Shown here piece after piece: positions 38,201 through 46,618 of a stretch of DNA of 64,000 nt. The stretch's first letter is position 1. Each line of letters starts with the position of its first letter. Source of the stretch: Planctomycetota bacterium. Its GTDB lineage: Bacteria > Planctomycetota > PUPC01 > JACPCR01. The position numbers and the translations under genes were made by a program. The notes below the pieces were generated by a model, which had not been told where the DNA came from, searched no databases, and worked only from the letters and a program-made list of their open reading frames with translations. The stretch spans positions 70,323-134,322 of the forward strand of contig JACPCR010000051.1 in the NCBI GenBank assembly GCA_016179685.1, in the 5' to 3' direction.

Positions 38201-41198
38201 CGTCCGCGCTCGTGGATTTCCAGCCACAGACATCTTCTTCAAAATCATCATTCAAGGCCGGGTTCGTGCTGCTCGTGATTCTCAGGCCGCTGGGGACGGA
38301 TTCCCGAGGGAGAGGCGCTCGTGGGGGCGGCAGGAGTCGAGAGGGAACGGACCGGCGGGCATAGGCAATCTTGGCGCGTGCGATCATGATGCTGTTATCC
38401 AGGGTCCAAAGGGCGAGATTCCTGCCCTTCAAGGGCTCCGGATCATCCCAGCACAGCTCCGGCACGAGCTGGTTGTCGTAGTAATACTCGATGTGGGGCC
38501 CCCGGCGTCGAACCTTGACGAAATACCAGGCGCCGTGCACGGGCCGGCCCTCGCTCACCCAGGCCACCGAGGGACGCGACCCGCCCTCGCGGGTCCGGGG
38601 CACCAGATAGCGGTCCGTCCGCCTCATCTCCTCGCCCCTGCGCAAGAGATACGACCACTTTTCTGACCAATGAAAATCCCAGGCCGTCAGCAAGAAGCTG
38701 TAGCCCGTGTTCGGATCGAAACCGTCACAGCAGAACGAAGCGTTGAAGTCCCCGTTCCGGGGATAGCTGCCGAGGACGTTCGCCATCTCCTCCACGGACT
38801 GGCGCATTCGAATGCCCGCATAAAACTCGATGGAAACGTCCCCATCGTAGTCAAATTTGTTCCAGAGAAACGCACTCCCTCCCGTGCTCCGACCATTCAG
38901 GTGCGACCACGTCGGGGTGCAGGAGAATCGGTTCGTCACCTCCCACGTGCCCACCCGAATCCAATCGGCAAAGGCATGCTCGAAGGTCTCGTCCCGGATG
39001 TGATTGCGCGCGAGGTTCATCGCCCGGAAATCCTCGGCTACCAGCGGCTGCCGGGCCACAATGGCCATGGCCGTGCCGGGCAGCGGCTCGTCGTCCCGGT
39101 ACTCCAGGACATCCTCCTGGCCAGCCTGAATCCAGATGAAGGCACCATCCCGGTGAAGCCGGAATTTCCCAGCCGTCTGATTGTCCAGAAAAGGGAGCGT
39201 CTTCGATCCAACCGCCTGGCCGAGCCGATGGAGCGTCAGGGTCACCTTCTTGGAGTTGGCATCAATCGACTGTTCGAGGACGTAACTTCGCTTCGAGTCC
39301 GGCTGGCCGTGGAGGGGCTGGTCCACGGCGAAGAGCAGGCGGACGCCATCCTGTGACGGCAGGGTCAACGCCAGCATTCCGAAGAAATCACCCTTGTGCC
39401 AGAAGGTGGTGTTACCCGCATCCGTGGGAATCCACGCCCCTTCGGGAGACGACCAGTGCCGCATGTAAGGATCGTTCACGAAAAGCGGATTCTTCGTCGG
39501 AAGCTCCAGATCATCCAGGCGTTCGAAAGCGACCCGAACCTGGCGAATCTCCGGTTTCTGAAACAAGTTGCCCTTCACGCTGAGACCCGGAGCGCCACGC
39601 AGAGGCTGCGGTAGCGAGAGGCGCTGGTGAAGCGTGCCATTGAGGTAGAGCAGCGCCTGATGAGGCTCTATCAGGTCCATTTGGATATTGTGCCACACGC
39701 CGACGCCCAACGGCTCCGGACCGAATGGAAGGTCAAAAAGCTTCTGCTCCCCGACGAAAAGCGCCAAAGAACCGGCCCGGGGCTGAAGAACCTGGAATGA
39801 GAAGAGATAATCTTTCCAGCCCGGCGCGCCGAAGCTCATGGCGGCCTGGCCGGAAAGGCTGGGGCACAAGCTGCACGTTTCCGTATTTCCGGCCACACCT
39901 TCACGAGCCAGGGGATGAAAACTCCAATGGCCCGCCACCGCCTGCGCAAGCTGTTTGAGGCCCTCCGGCTGGTCGAACTCGTAGATACGGTTGTCGCGTA
40001 CCCGCACGTCATCGAAGACGATTTCGTTTGGCCCCTCGACCCAGAGACCCACGCGGCCTCGCACCACCCGATTCTCGGTGACATCCAAAAGGAGCGACTC
40101 GTCCAGAAAGACCTGGATTCTTCGGTTCCGAAGCCTCACCCCAAGCCGATACCATTGCTCCGAGCCTCCCTCGGCGTATCCCTCGGCCAGCACCTCACGT
40201 TGGTCACCGGACACTCGGGTCAGCCGCATCAGCGACGGCACGCGGCTCGGGCTCGACAGGTCCCAGCGTACTTCGTAGTAATTTTGCTCGGACTGGTATC
40301 CAAAGGCCATCCCGCCGCAGCCCTGGTGAGACTTGACGGAGGCGTCAAATTGGTAATCGGACCAGAAGGACTGGCCCGTGATGACGCGTGCCGGTTTCCC
40401 TTCCTCGGCTTTGGCCTTCCCTCCCAGTGAAAAGGGATTCGTGCTGTGGGTAGCCGCCGTACCGGCGTGTTTTTCCTTCACGGAATGGAAGCGCCATTCG
40501 CCGGCGACAAGTTCCCAGGGTGGCAGATTCTGCTCCGTCTCCGCCCTCATGAAATCATCATCGAAGACAATTTCTCCATAGCGTTGGACACGAATCACTT
40601 GAGGGTCGCCGCCCGAGTGCAACAATCCGACTCGGCCCGAGCCAAAAGAGGCGTCAAAAACTTCTGCCACCTCGATGTCATCCACGGAAACCGATAAAAG
40701 ATGTTCGCGGCGCCGTACCAGCACCAGCGCCTCCTGGCGCGGCTCCCATCGGTCACCCTCCGCCAGCGTCCGGCGCTTCCCCTTCTCGACCACCGAAAGC
40801 CGCATTCGCCCGTTTCGGCCCATCAAGAGATAGTGATTCGAATCATCCTGATAACCGAAAAGAACTCCCAGTGTGTCCGCCGTGCTGCCGTCGGACCGGG
40901 CCCCCAGACGTATCACCAAGTCGTACTGGGCATCGGGACAGTCCGCCACCAGCGTATAGGCGCTACCTTGAATCTGGACCTCGTTTTCCGCAGCGCCCAC
41001 GAAGCCGGGAAGGAACATCATCCAGAAGGCGTACCATCCCAGCACTGGAGCTTGGAAGCGCACCCGCGCCTCCGAGCTCCAGTCATTGAGGAAGCTCCGG
41101 TGAAATTCATTAACTCGGTCGTACATCAGCGTCGGCTTCACAAAGGGTCGAACCGGCATGGCGTCATTTCGCAACAGGTTCGAGTGAACGGGTGACAC
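35262..41198 (-). CDS. Giant (1978 aa) secreted multidomain protein with repeated ConA-like lectin/glucanase (DUF1080-like) and Ig/FN3-like beta domains
   Basis: Single uninterrupted ORF; N-terminal hydrophobic signal VLGWYAFWMMFLPGFVGAA; DUF1080-like segment (...YEVRWDL...WYRLGVRLRNRRIQVFLDESLLLD...VFDDVRVRD); beta-rich composition (W/Y/G/D/N). True start may be an internal Met. Confidence 0.7.
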   Translation of the reverse strand: MSPVHSNLLRNDAMPVRPFVKPTLMYDRVNEFHRSFLNDWSSEARVRFQAPVLGWYAFWMMFLPGFVGAAENEVQIQGSAYTLVADCPDAQYDLVIRLGARSDGSTADTLGVLFGYQDDSNHYLLMGRNGRMRLSVVEKGKRRTLAEGDRWEPRQEALVLVRRREHLLSVSVDDIEVAEVFDASFGSGRVGLLHSGGDPQVIRVQRYGEIVFDDDFMRAETEQNLPPWELVAGEWRFHSVKEKHAGTAATHSTNPFSLGGKAKAEEGKPARVITGQSFWSDYQFDASVKSHQGCGGMAFGYQSEQNYYEVRWDLSSPSRVPSLMRLTRVSGDQREVLAEGYAEGGSEQWYRLGVRLRNRRIQVFLDESLLLDVTENRVVRGRVGLWVEGPNEIVFDDVRVRDNRIYEFDQPEGLKQLAQAVAGHWSFHPLAREGVAGNTETCSLCPSLSGQAAMSFGAPGWKDYLFSFQVLQPRAGSLALFVGEQKLFDLPFGPEPLGVGVWHNIQMDLIEPHQALLYLNGTLHQRLSLPQPLRGAPGLSVKGNLFQKPEIRQVRVAFERLDDLELPTKNPLFVNDPYMRHWSSPEGAWIPTDAGNTTFWHKGDFFGMLALTLPSQDGVRLLFAVDQPLHGQPDSKRSYVLEQSIDANSKKVTLTLHRLGQAVGSKTLPFLDNQTAGKFRLHRDGAFIWIQAGQEDVLEYRDDEPLPGTAMAIVARQPLVAEDFRAMNLARNHIRDETFEHAFADWIRVGTWEVTNRFSCTPTWSHLNGRSTGGSAFLWNKFDYDGDVSIEFYAGIRMRQSVEEMANVLGSYPRNGDFNASFCCDGFDPNTGYSFLLTAWDFHWSEKWSYLLRRGEEMRRTDRYLVPRTREGGSRPSVAWVSEGRPVHGAWYFVKVRRRGPHIEYYYDNQLVPELCWDDPEPLKGRNLALWTLDNSIMIARAKIAYARRSVPSRLLPPPRAPLPRESVPSGLRITSSTNPALNDDFEEDVCGWKSTSADEGASLSLDAGSAGGGQQCLTLTHASLGGDFGALIPIPVLDASRVVDFSFDYCVPHEVRVNFYLNLAGQDYFIEFTGENRSDENLKKLGRIEDVRADGQWHRAQFDLARAVRTQVHLPENLPFSSLLLGDRHEGYLRAGIGGNPMGASYRIDNFRIVTAADASVPPALLWARLSEPQPRSFRYLADRNPDTQPVHGTEVTQPTSTLQGLGPGFSTFHLQALLPDGRWTSPIHYPLYLQPALKASLKSPADPAAWGGEALCLEFESQEGAHLSLASLAVSIDGAKIAPEHLNATDVAASRRLTLDLTPLPVAFKDGQEILFSASFRSTAGEAPASLSAKLKMNHALDRTPPSAVVLLTYPPLQDFEGKSTGSWQGLTYSRVFLDDATAASGRQSLKVFKPLVIGNFAVNALGNSPQTPLPIHLGKTPVLTFDYRLDPELVIDVSAQAGSGGNYRHIIFAGNGADYPVAGQIPNVVRDGQWRHVEVNLRRMFAGQAFHPTMFLLYGMMFGDFGNQDLGKAHAYHIDNFGFLPQVSSATGLSLRWAATDPSGIHDYSFKWSPVPAEEVDIQPEGTQPEAVFTHLPEGFLYFHIRARDVAGNWGPSSHYKFFIDNQPPAASVVSTGPESRFLELSLKDDDSGVDVSALKAAVQGKASALDNANATYNLNEGRLLWDWPSILEPCAGKLPDGFAYLFQLPGFADFAGNVTPQKEWTWKIDFSRDKEPPVAPSIAGPPNAAFCFQSFTRDVESWRNWGGQNGSTVSRHYDPDRKDYCLKVADDMTSGYGGVMINDRAFDAAQYSWITFEYKIPPNAYIHFMVYVNDVWRGITLTVPSTYPNFTNIGSAGITPDNTWRVAAVDLLQLLKAALPNAKAYTVHHLAIADYYNAYTPAGVPYFIDNFALVGSGPAQPAFTCSSSDPSGIAAYRYLVDNQPASSTEKGTVVQQASFTLPAALQPGLYYVHVSAGDGAGNWSCPAHLPYRTP

Positions 41199-41377
41199 CG
41201 AATACGCTTGGCGTCACCCACCCCCAAAAGGAGCATCGATTGAGCAGGTGCCCCATAGATTCCCGGAAGACTTTGATGGCAAGTTTGTTGAAGCCGCGAA
41301 GGGTGACCAGGGCCCTGACTTCAACGACTTCGAGGGTGAAAAGATTATAAGAAATTTTTCCCGTTCAGCATGTCATG

Positions 41378-41419
41378 AAACAAAAAGAGGGTCCCCGAGC
41401 CCATGCTCCGAGGACCCTC
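41378..41419 (-). terminator. Rho-independent terminator after the 41467..42213 gene
   Basis: Minus-strand GC hairpin (GAGGGTCC...GGACCCTC, 8-13 bp stem) followed by CTTTTTGTTT. Confidence 0.55.
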
Positions 41420-41466
41420 CCCCGTTGTCATGAGGATCGCACCGAACCGTCATTCGGCAGCAAGAA

Positions 41467-42213
41467 CTACTTGGCTATCGAGACCGTTCCGTCGGCGGCA
41501 CGGGCGAACCTGTGGTCGTTGAGCAGTGCGAGCCGGACACCGGAGACTTCACGACCTGCTTCTACGCCCACGACAGCCTTGTAGACCTCCGCCGGAGTGG
41601 CGGAACCGCCCCTTTTCTGAAGATACGCGTAGGCCAGGTCGCTCACTCTTGAACCCTTGGCCCGAGAAACAGGCCGGCGTCCACGGGGCTTGGGGCTAGG
41701 TTTGCGGCCTTTTCGACCCGAGGCCCCCGCCAACTTGTAAACACCATGCGCAACCTTCCGCACCGCCGGGTCCGTCCGGAACGCCGTGCAGATGGACGTG
41801 TACTGCGTCCCAGAAGCGGCTTTCCCGTAGCGCGCCCGGGCGACATGGTCCACGATTTCCGCCACCTTCGCCTGGCCTCCCACGGAGCTCAGATAGGACC
41901 GCGCCAGCTCACGAACCGTCTCCCCGGAACGGCTGCGGGGCGCCCGACCGCCGGCACGGACACCGTTCAGACGTCTGCGACGCTTACCCGGCCTGCTGCC
42001 CCGCGGCTTCACGGGTTCGGTCCCACCGGTCAACTCCGCGATTTGCGCATCAATACTCGCCACGCGTTCCAATAGACTACTCTTCCGCTTCACCAGTCGC
42101 TCAACCCTGGCCTCACCTCTTTCCTTCAACCGAATGAGCTTGTTCAAGTCCTGGAGCGACAGTTCAAAGGCCAACGTACTGAGATGGTCCTTTTTCAATT
42201 GACAACCCTCCAT
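41467..42213 (-). CDS. Basic coiled-coil protein with two tandem winged-helix (HARE-HTH-like) domains separated by Lys/Arg/Pro-rich linkers
   Basis: N-terminal coiled coil; two repeats of the pattern VRELARSYLSS..AKVAEIVDHV...GVYKLA and VSDLAYAYLQKRGGSATPAEVYKAV...GTVSIA; linkers GKRRRRL, RKGRKPSPKPRGRRP. Confidence 0.55.
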   Translation of the reverse strand: MEGCQLKKDHLSTLAFELSLQDLNKLIRLKERGEARVERLVKRKSSLLERVASIDAQIAELTGGTEPVKPRGSRPGKRRRRLNGVRAGGRAPRSRSGETVRELARSYLSSVGGQAKVAEIVDHVARARYGKAASGTQYTSICTAFRTDPAVRKVAHGVYKLAGASGRKGRKPSPKPRGRRPVSRAKGSRVSDLAYAYLQKRGGSATPAEVYKAVVGVEAGREVSGVRLALLNDHRFARAADGTVSIAK

Positions 42214-42352
42214 TTCATGTAAATAAGACCCAAAAACGTCTCGCCGATAGGCGCTTCCGACGCCAAAATTGAAAACTTTCTTCGATTGGCGTCAGTTCGC
42301 GAATTCTCCTCCCGGCGCTTTGGAACTTCTGCTTTTTGCCATGCACGAAAAA

Positions 42353-42390
42353 TCTGAAATCCGCGCAGCCCGGAGGGCGCAGCGGATTTC
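42353..42390 (+). repeat. Family-1 hairpin unit
   Basis: TCTGAAATCCGCGCAGCCCGGAGGGCGCAGCGGATTTC, identical core to the 51775 and 52096 units; upstream of the winged-helix protein gene. Confidence 0.8.
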
Positions 42391-42643
42391 AATAGCATTC
42401 TCTTAGACTTCAATCGCCATGTCGAACAAAAAATGTCACATCATCATGCACCTCTTGGTACATTACTGGTGCCTCTAAACTGCTGAATATTCACAGCTTT
42501 TCCAAGCAACACCATAATACATAATAGGATATATTCTTGCAATATACTACATTTTTCGGGTCATCACGATTGGGCGGTCTTTGTAACAGAGACGATGCGG
42601 CTCAGCGCGATTCAGCGCGCGTTTCTCTCCGGCCCGTGAGAGA

Positions 42644-42841
42644 TTACCGCTGGTCGTCAGTATCCAAACCGGGGTCGGGATCGGGATCGACGCTCTTCGT
42701 TCGGTAGGGGCCAACAGACTCGATGGCCACCCGATAGACATGCAACTGCTCATGGCCCAATGGCATGAAAATTCTTCCGATCCCGACGGGCGTTGGAACG
42801 GGAAGAACCAAGAGCTTCCAGATATCCGCCTTCCTTTCCAA
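42644..42841 (-). CDS. Possible small ORF (65 aa) downstream of doxX; doubtful
   Basis: ORF only; no recognisable domain; ends in an acidic DPDPDPGLDTDD tail. Confidence 0.2.
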   Translation of the reverse strand: MERKADIWKLLVLPVPTPVGIGRIFMPLGHEQLHVYRVAIESVGPYRTKSVDPDPDPGLDTDDQR

Positions 42842-42942
42842 TGACCAAGATCGCTTAATCCGGATGATCCGTTTCCAGCCTGGCCTTCAGGACGTCCTGT
42901 CGTGTCGGCGAGCTGGCACGGGAGCACAGAGCTGTTTAAGGC

Positions 42943-43377
42943 TCACTGCTGGGTGCTCACCGTCTCCTTCTGGCAGCACCATCGCCCGAGGAATCGGTCC
43001 AGCGCGATCGGTCCGGGGCCCGTGAGCACGAGCGCTCCTGCCATCGCCGCGTAGGCCAGGGCCAGCTCCTTGACCTGGAAGGGGTCGCTCGCGTGCCGGA
43101 CGAGCGCGGCCACAGCCATGGTGACGAGCACGAACAGCGCCGCGGGACGCGTGGCCAGTCCCATGACGATCAAGAGACCGCCGAGGAACTCGCTGAGCGC
43201 GGCCGCCCAGGCGAAAAGACCGGGAAGCGGGAAGCCCATGCTGCTCACTCCACGGATGAATCCATCCATCTGTCCCCCAAAGACCTTCCCGCTCCCATGG
43301 TAGGCCATTCCAAGTCCCATGAGCACCCGCAGCCACAGCAGGCCGACGGCCAGACCCTTCGCGCGCCATGAATCCAT
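42943..43377 (-). CDS. DoxX-family membrane protein
   Basis: Four-TM profile with DoxX-like motifs (LRVLMGLGMAYHGSGKVFG, FLGGLLIVMGLATRPAALFV); SD GGAGG 9 nt upstream. Confidence 0.7.
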   Translation of the reverse strand: MDSWRAKGLAVGLLWLRVLMGLGMAYHGSGKVFGGQMDGFIRGVSSMGFPLPGLFAWAAALSEFLGGLLIVMGLATRPAALFVLVTMAVAALVRHASDPFQVKELALAYAAMAGALVLTGPGPIALDRFLGRWCCQKETVSTQQ

Positions 43378-43405
43378 GTTCTTGCCTCCGGTAGAAATCC
43401 GGGAC

Positions 43406-43446
43406 GGAAGTGGTATTATACTTCCATCCCCATGGCCTGATATAAT
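43406..43446. promoter_or_regulatory. Palindrome GGAAGTGGTATTATACTTCC carrying a -10 element on each strand, plus downstream TGATATAAT extended -10
   Basis: Minus strand reads TATAAT about 37 nt upstream of the doxX ATG. Plus strand reads TGGTATTAT and, 20 nt later, TGATATAAT facing the M20 peptidase gene. Confidence 0.4.
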
Positions 43447-43697
43447 CGAACTCCTGTCCCTGGTGCAACTTTGCTGAGTTGAGGCCGTTGGTTGTAGGCT
43501 GTAAAGTAGTCCTCAGTCTAGAGCATCGAGGCGTCAGACCGAGAGCGTCTTCTCCATTCTCGCTGACCCGCGCCTGCGGATTGCGGGTCCCTGGTGCCTT
43601 GTTCGTTCGTTTACCTTTGGCTCCTGCTTTCTGGCCCCTCGTCCCGGTTCCCTCGACGCCTGAGGACTGAAGGCTGAAGACTGAGGACTGAGCAGCC

Positions 43698-44945
43698 ATG
43701 CCGGACCTTCGTGACGTTTGCCAGGCGGCCATCGATCAGGTCGTGGACTTCTGCCGCCATCTGATCCGTTTTCGCAGCCTGCCGGGCCAGGAGGCGGAGA
43801 TCGCCGCCTTCGTGCGCGATAAGCTGGAGGCGCTCGGCTACGATCGCGTCGAGGTGGACGGCGCGGGAAACGTGCTCGGCCACATGAAGGGCAGCGATCC
43901 CTCCGCTGCGTCCGTGATGTTGAATTCCCACCTCGACGTCGTGGACGCGGGCGATCCCGCGGGCTGGCCCTGCGACCCCTGGAGCGGGGAAGTCCGCGGC
44001 GACCGCATCTACGGGCGCGGCGCGAGCGACACGAAGGGTGCTCTCGCGGTGCAGGCCTACGCGCCGGTAGTCCTGCGCCGGGCGGGGCTTCGGCCCCACG
44101 GCGACTGCACGGCGGCCTTCGTCGTCTTCGAGGAACTGGGCGGGTCGGGCACCCGCTACCTCGTCACGCACGGATCGGCCCTGACGGACCTGGCGATCCT
44201 GGGCGAGGCGACCTCGAACGAGATTCGGACCGGACACCGCGGGGCCCGTGGGGTGGTGGTGGTCCTCCGGGGCCGGATGGCGCATGCCAGCGTGCCCGCT
44301 CAGGGCGTCAATCCCCACTATACCGCCTCCCGATTCCTTCTCGAGCTGGAACGCTCCCTCGGCCAGCTTCCCTGCCTGCCGGTCCTCGGTCCGTCCAGCA
44401 TAGCCCCCACGCTCTACGAGACGGACAATCGCAGCCGCAACGTCATCCCGGGCGAGGTGCGGCTGACCCTGGACTGGCGCACGACGGCGGAGACGGACGA
44501 CGGCATCGTTAGTTTCCTTCAAGGGGTGGCGCAGAGGGCGGGCGTCGAGATCGCCGTGAAGTTTTCCACGCTGTCGAACCGCACCTACACGGGCTACCAG
44601 GAGCCGGAGCGTCCACGCCGCAACGAGAAGTTCCTGACGCCCGCGGACCATCCCGCGGTGCGGACGGCCGCGCGTGTGATCGAGGAGGAACTGGGCCGAA
44701 AGCCGGGCATCCGGCCGTGGAACTTCTGCACGGACGGCTACATTCTTGCCGGGGCTGGCGTGACGACGTTCGGTTTTTCGCCGTGCGAGGAGCATCTCGC
44801 CCACACGAACGACGATCACGTCAAGATTCCGATGATGCTGGACGGTCTGCGCTGCACCGCCCGTATGCTGCTCGAACTCGGGTCCGGAAGTGCGGGAGGA
44901 CTTCTGAACCGGGATACTCGAAGACTCCAAGGGTCAAGACCGTGA
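43698..44945 (+). CDS. M20-family metallopeptidase (ArgE/DapE/CPG2-like)
   Basis: Motifs LNSHLDVV, GRGASDTKGA, and a dimerisation-domain insertion. Confidence 0.8.
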   Translation: MPDLRDVCQAAIDQVVDFCRHLIRFRSLPGQEAEIAAFVRDKLEALGYDRVEVDGAGNVLGHMKGSDPSAASVMLNSHLDVVDAGDPAGWPCDPWSGEVRGDRIYGRGASDTKGALAVQAYAPVVLRRAGLRPHGDCTAAFVVFEELGGSGTRYLVTHGSALTDLAILGEATSNEIRTGHRGARGVVVVLRGRMAHASVPAQGVNPHYTASRFLLELERSLGQLPCLPVLGPSSIAPTLYETDNRSRNVIPGEVRLTLDWRTTAETDDGIVSFLQGVAQRAGVEIAVKFSTLSNRTYTGYQEPERPRRNEKFLTPADHPAVRTAARVIEEELGRKPGIRPWNFCTDGYILAGAGVTTFGFSPCEEHLAHTNDDHVKIPMMLDGLRCTARMLLELGSGSAGGLLNRDTRRLQGSRP

Positions 44946-44982
44946 CAAGAGAGACAAGTCTTCGCGATCTTCTATCTTAGCT

Positions 44983-45606
44983 TCAATACGGGCTGCTCCT
45001 CGGCGTATAAAGTCCGTGCGTCCGGATATAGTCATGGACCCCTTCCGGCACGAGGTGGCGGATACTTCGCCCCGTGCGCACCCGGGCCCGGATTTCCGAG
45101 GCGGAGATTTCGATCAAGGGGATCGGGACGAAGTTCGCCCGCAGCGAGCTGATGGTGTCGTCCGGGAGGCGGCCGCGGAGCGCCTCGAACGCTGAGGACG
45201 ACGCGCCGGGCCGGGCACCCACGGCGAACCGGCACAGCCGCACGAGTTGATCCATGTCTTTCCAGGCTGGCAGCTCGGGCACCGAATCGGACCCTACGAT
45301 GAAGAAGAGGGTATCGTTCGGCATTTTCCGCCGTATGTCGCGGACGGTATCGATGGTGTATGAAGTCCCCTCGCGCCTCAGTTCGAGATCGCTCATCTCG
45401 AAGCGCGGGTTGAGCCTCACGGCGACCTGGACCATGGCGGACCGGTGCTCGGCGGGGGCCAGGGCCTCACCGCTCTTGTGGGGCGGATGCCGCACGGGGA
45501 TGAAGAGGACGCGATCGAGCCCCAGGGCGTCACGAACCTGCTCGGCCAGGATGAGATGACCGAGATGGACGGGATTGAAGGATCCGCCCAGAAGACCGAT
45601 CTTCAC
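44983..45606 (-). CDS. nadD: Nicotinate-nucleotide adenylyltransferase
   Basis: GGSFNPVHLGH (HxGH) and SxxxxR motifs. Confidence 0.85.
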   Translation of the reverse strand: MKIGLLGGSFNPVHLGHLILAEQVRDALGLDRVLFIPVRHPPHKSGEALAPAEHRSAMVQVAVRLNPRFEMSDLELRREGTSYTIDTVRDIRRKMPNDTLFFIVGSDSVPELPAWKDMDQLVRLCRFAVGARPGASSSAFEALRGRLPDDTISSLRANFVPIPLIEISASEIRARVRTGRSIRHLVPEGVHDYIRTHGLYTPRSSPY

Positions 45607-45655
45607 GGAAGGCCTCCAGATGCCTCACGACCCACAAGACTCCGACGCCTCAATT

Positions 45656-46618
45656 CTAAATCTTAGAGGCATAAATCTTTTCGATCAATTCCATCGTCTT
45701 GACCGCGTCTCCAAAGTGGGTCGAGGGCTGCCGGCCATCCTTCACGCAGTCGATGAAGTGCCGATCCTCTCCGAAAAACCCGTACGTGTGGCTCTTCTCC
45801 GAACAGCCTGCGGACGATACGGGATCGATGCGGTCCGCCCCGAGCCGATCGTCGCAGTGCAGGATGGCCCCCTCGTGGTCCGGGTCCACGTACGCGCTGA
45901 TGCCTCGGCCATGGATTTCCCAGGTGTGGACGCGGCCCCCGGCCGCCCAGTTCGTCACGAGAAATCCGACCGCCCCGGACCGGAACTTGACCAGGGCGTT
46001 GAAGGCGTTGGGAAAGGGTGACGAGAACTGGCCGATGTCGCTCGTGAGCCGGTCCACCTCTCCGCCCAGCCACCGGAGTGAATCGACCGCATGGACGGCG
46101 TCGACGGTCAAGATGTCGATGGCCCCGCCGTAATAGCCCGTGTCCTTGAGATAGCACTTCATGTACGTCGCCATGCATTGCCGGATGGGGCCGCGGGATT
46201 CCACCCGCTCCTTTGCCTGCTTCAGGCACGGGATGTGCCTGCGGTTGAACCCGCACATCGTCAGGCAGCCCCGCTTTTCCGCCAGGCGCGCCCAGCTTGC
46301 GGCCTGGTAGGCCGACATGCCGGGCGGCTTCTCGACGAAGACGTGCCGGCCTCGCTCGAGGCAGGCGACGACGACATCCCAGAGGGCCATGGGGGGCATG
46401 ATGCAGTACACCGCGTCCGGATTCGCCTCCTCGATCATCCTTCCGTGGTCCCGATATCGACCTTCGATGTGGTATCGATCGGCCGCGGTCCGCAAGCGCT
46501 CCTCATGGAGCTCCGCGACCGCGACGAGGTCCACGTCCGGCATCGAAGCCAGGGAGGGGTAATGCATGGACAGGGCCAGATTCCCGGCCCCGACAAACGC
46601 GACTCGGACTCTGTTCAT
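45656..46618 (-). CDS. Gfo/Idh/MocA-family NAD(P)-dependent oxidoreductase
   Basis: VAFVGAGNLA Rossmann motif and EKP motif; start overlaps the upstream gene's stop (ATGA). Confidence 0.75.
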   Translation of the reverse strand: MNRVRVAFVGAGNLALSMHYPSLASMPDVDLVAVAELHEERLRTAADRYHIEGRYRDHGRMIEEANPDAVYCIMPPMALWDVVVACLERGRHVFVEKPPGMSAYQAASWARLAEKRGCLTMCGFNRRHIPCLKQAKERVESRGPIRQCMATYMKCYLKDTGYYGGAIDILTVDAVHAVDSLRWLGGEVDRLTSDIGQFSSPFPNAFNALVKFRSGAVGFLVTNWAAGGRVHTWEIHGRGISAYVDPDHEGAILHCDDRLGADRIDPVSSAGCSEKSHTYGFFGEDRHFIDCVKDGRQPSTHFGDAVKTMELIEKIYASKI

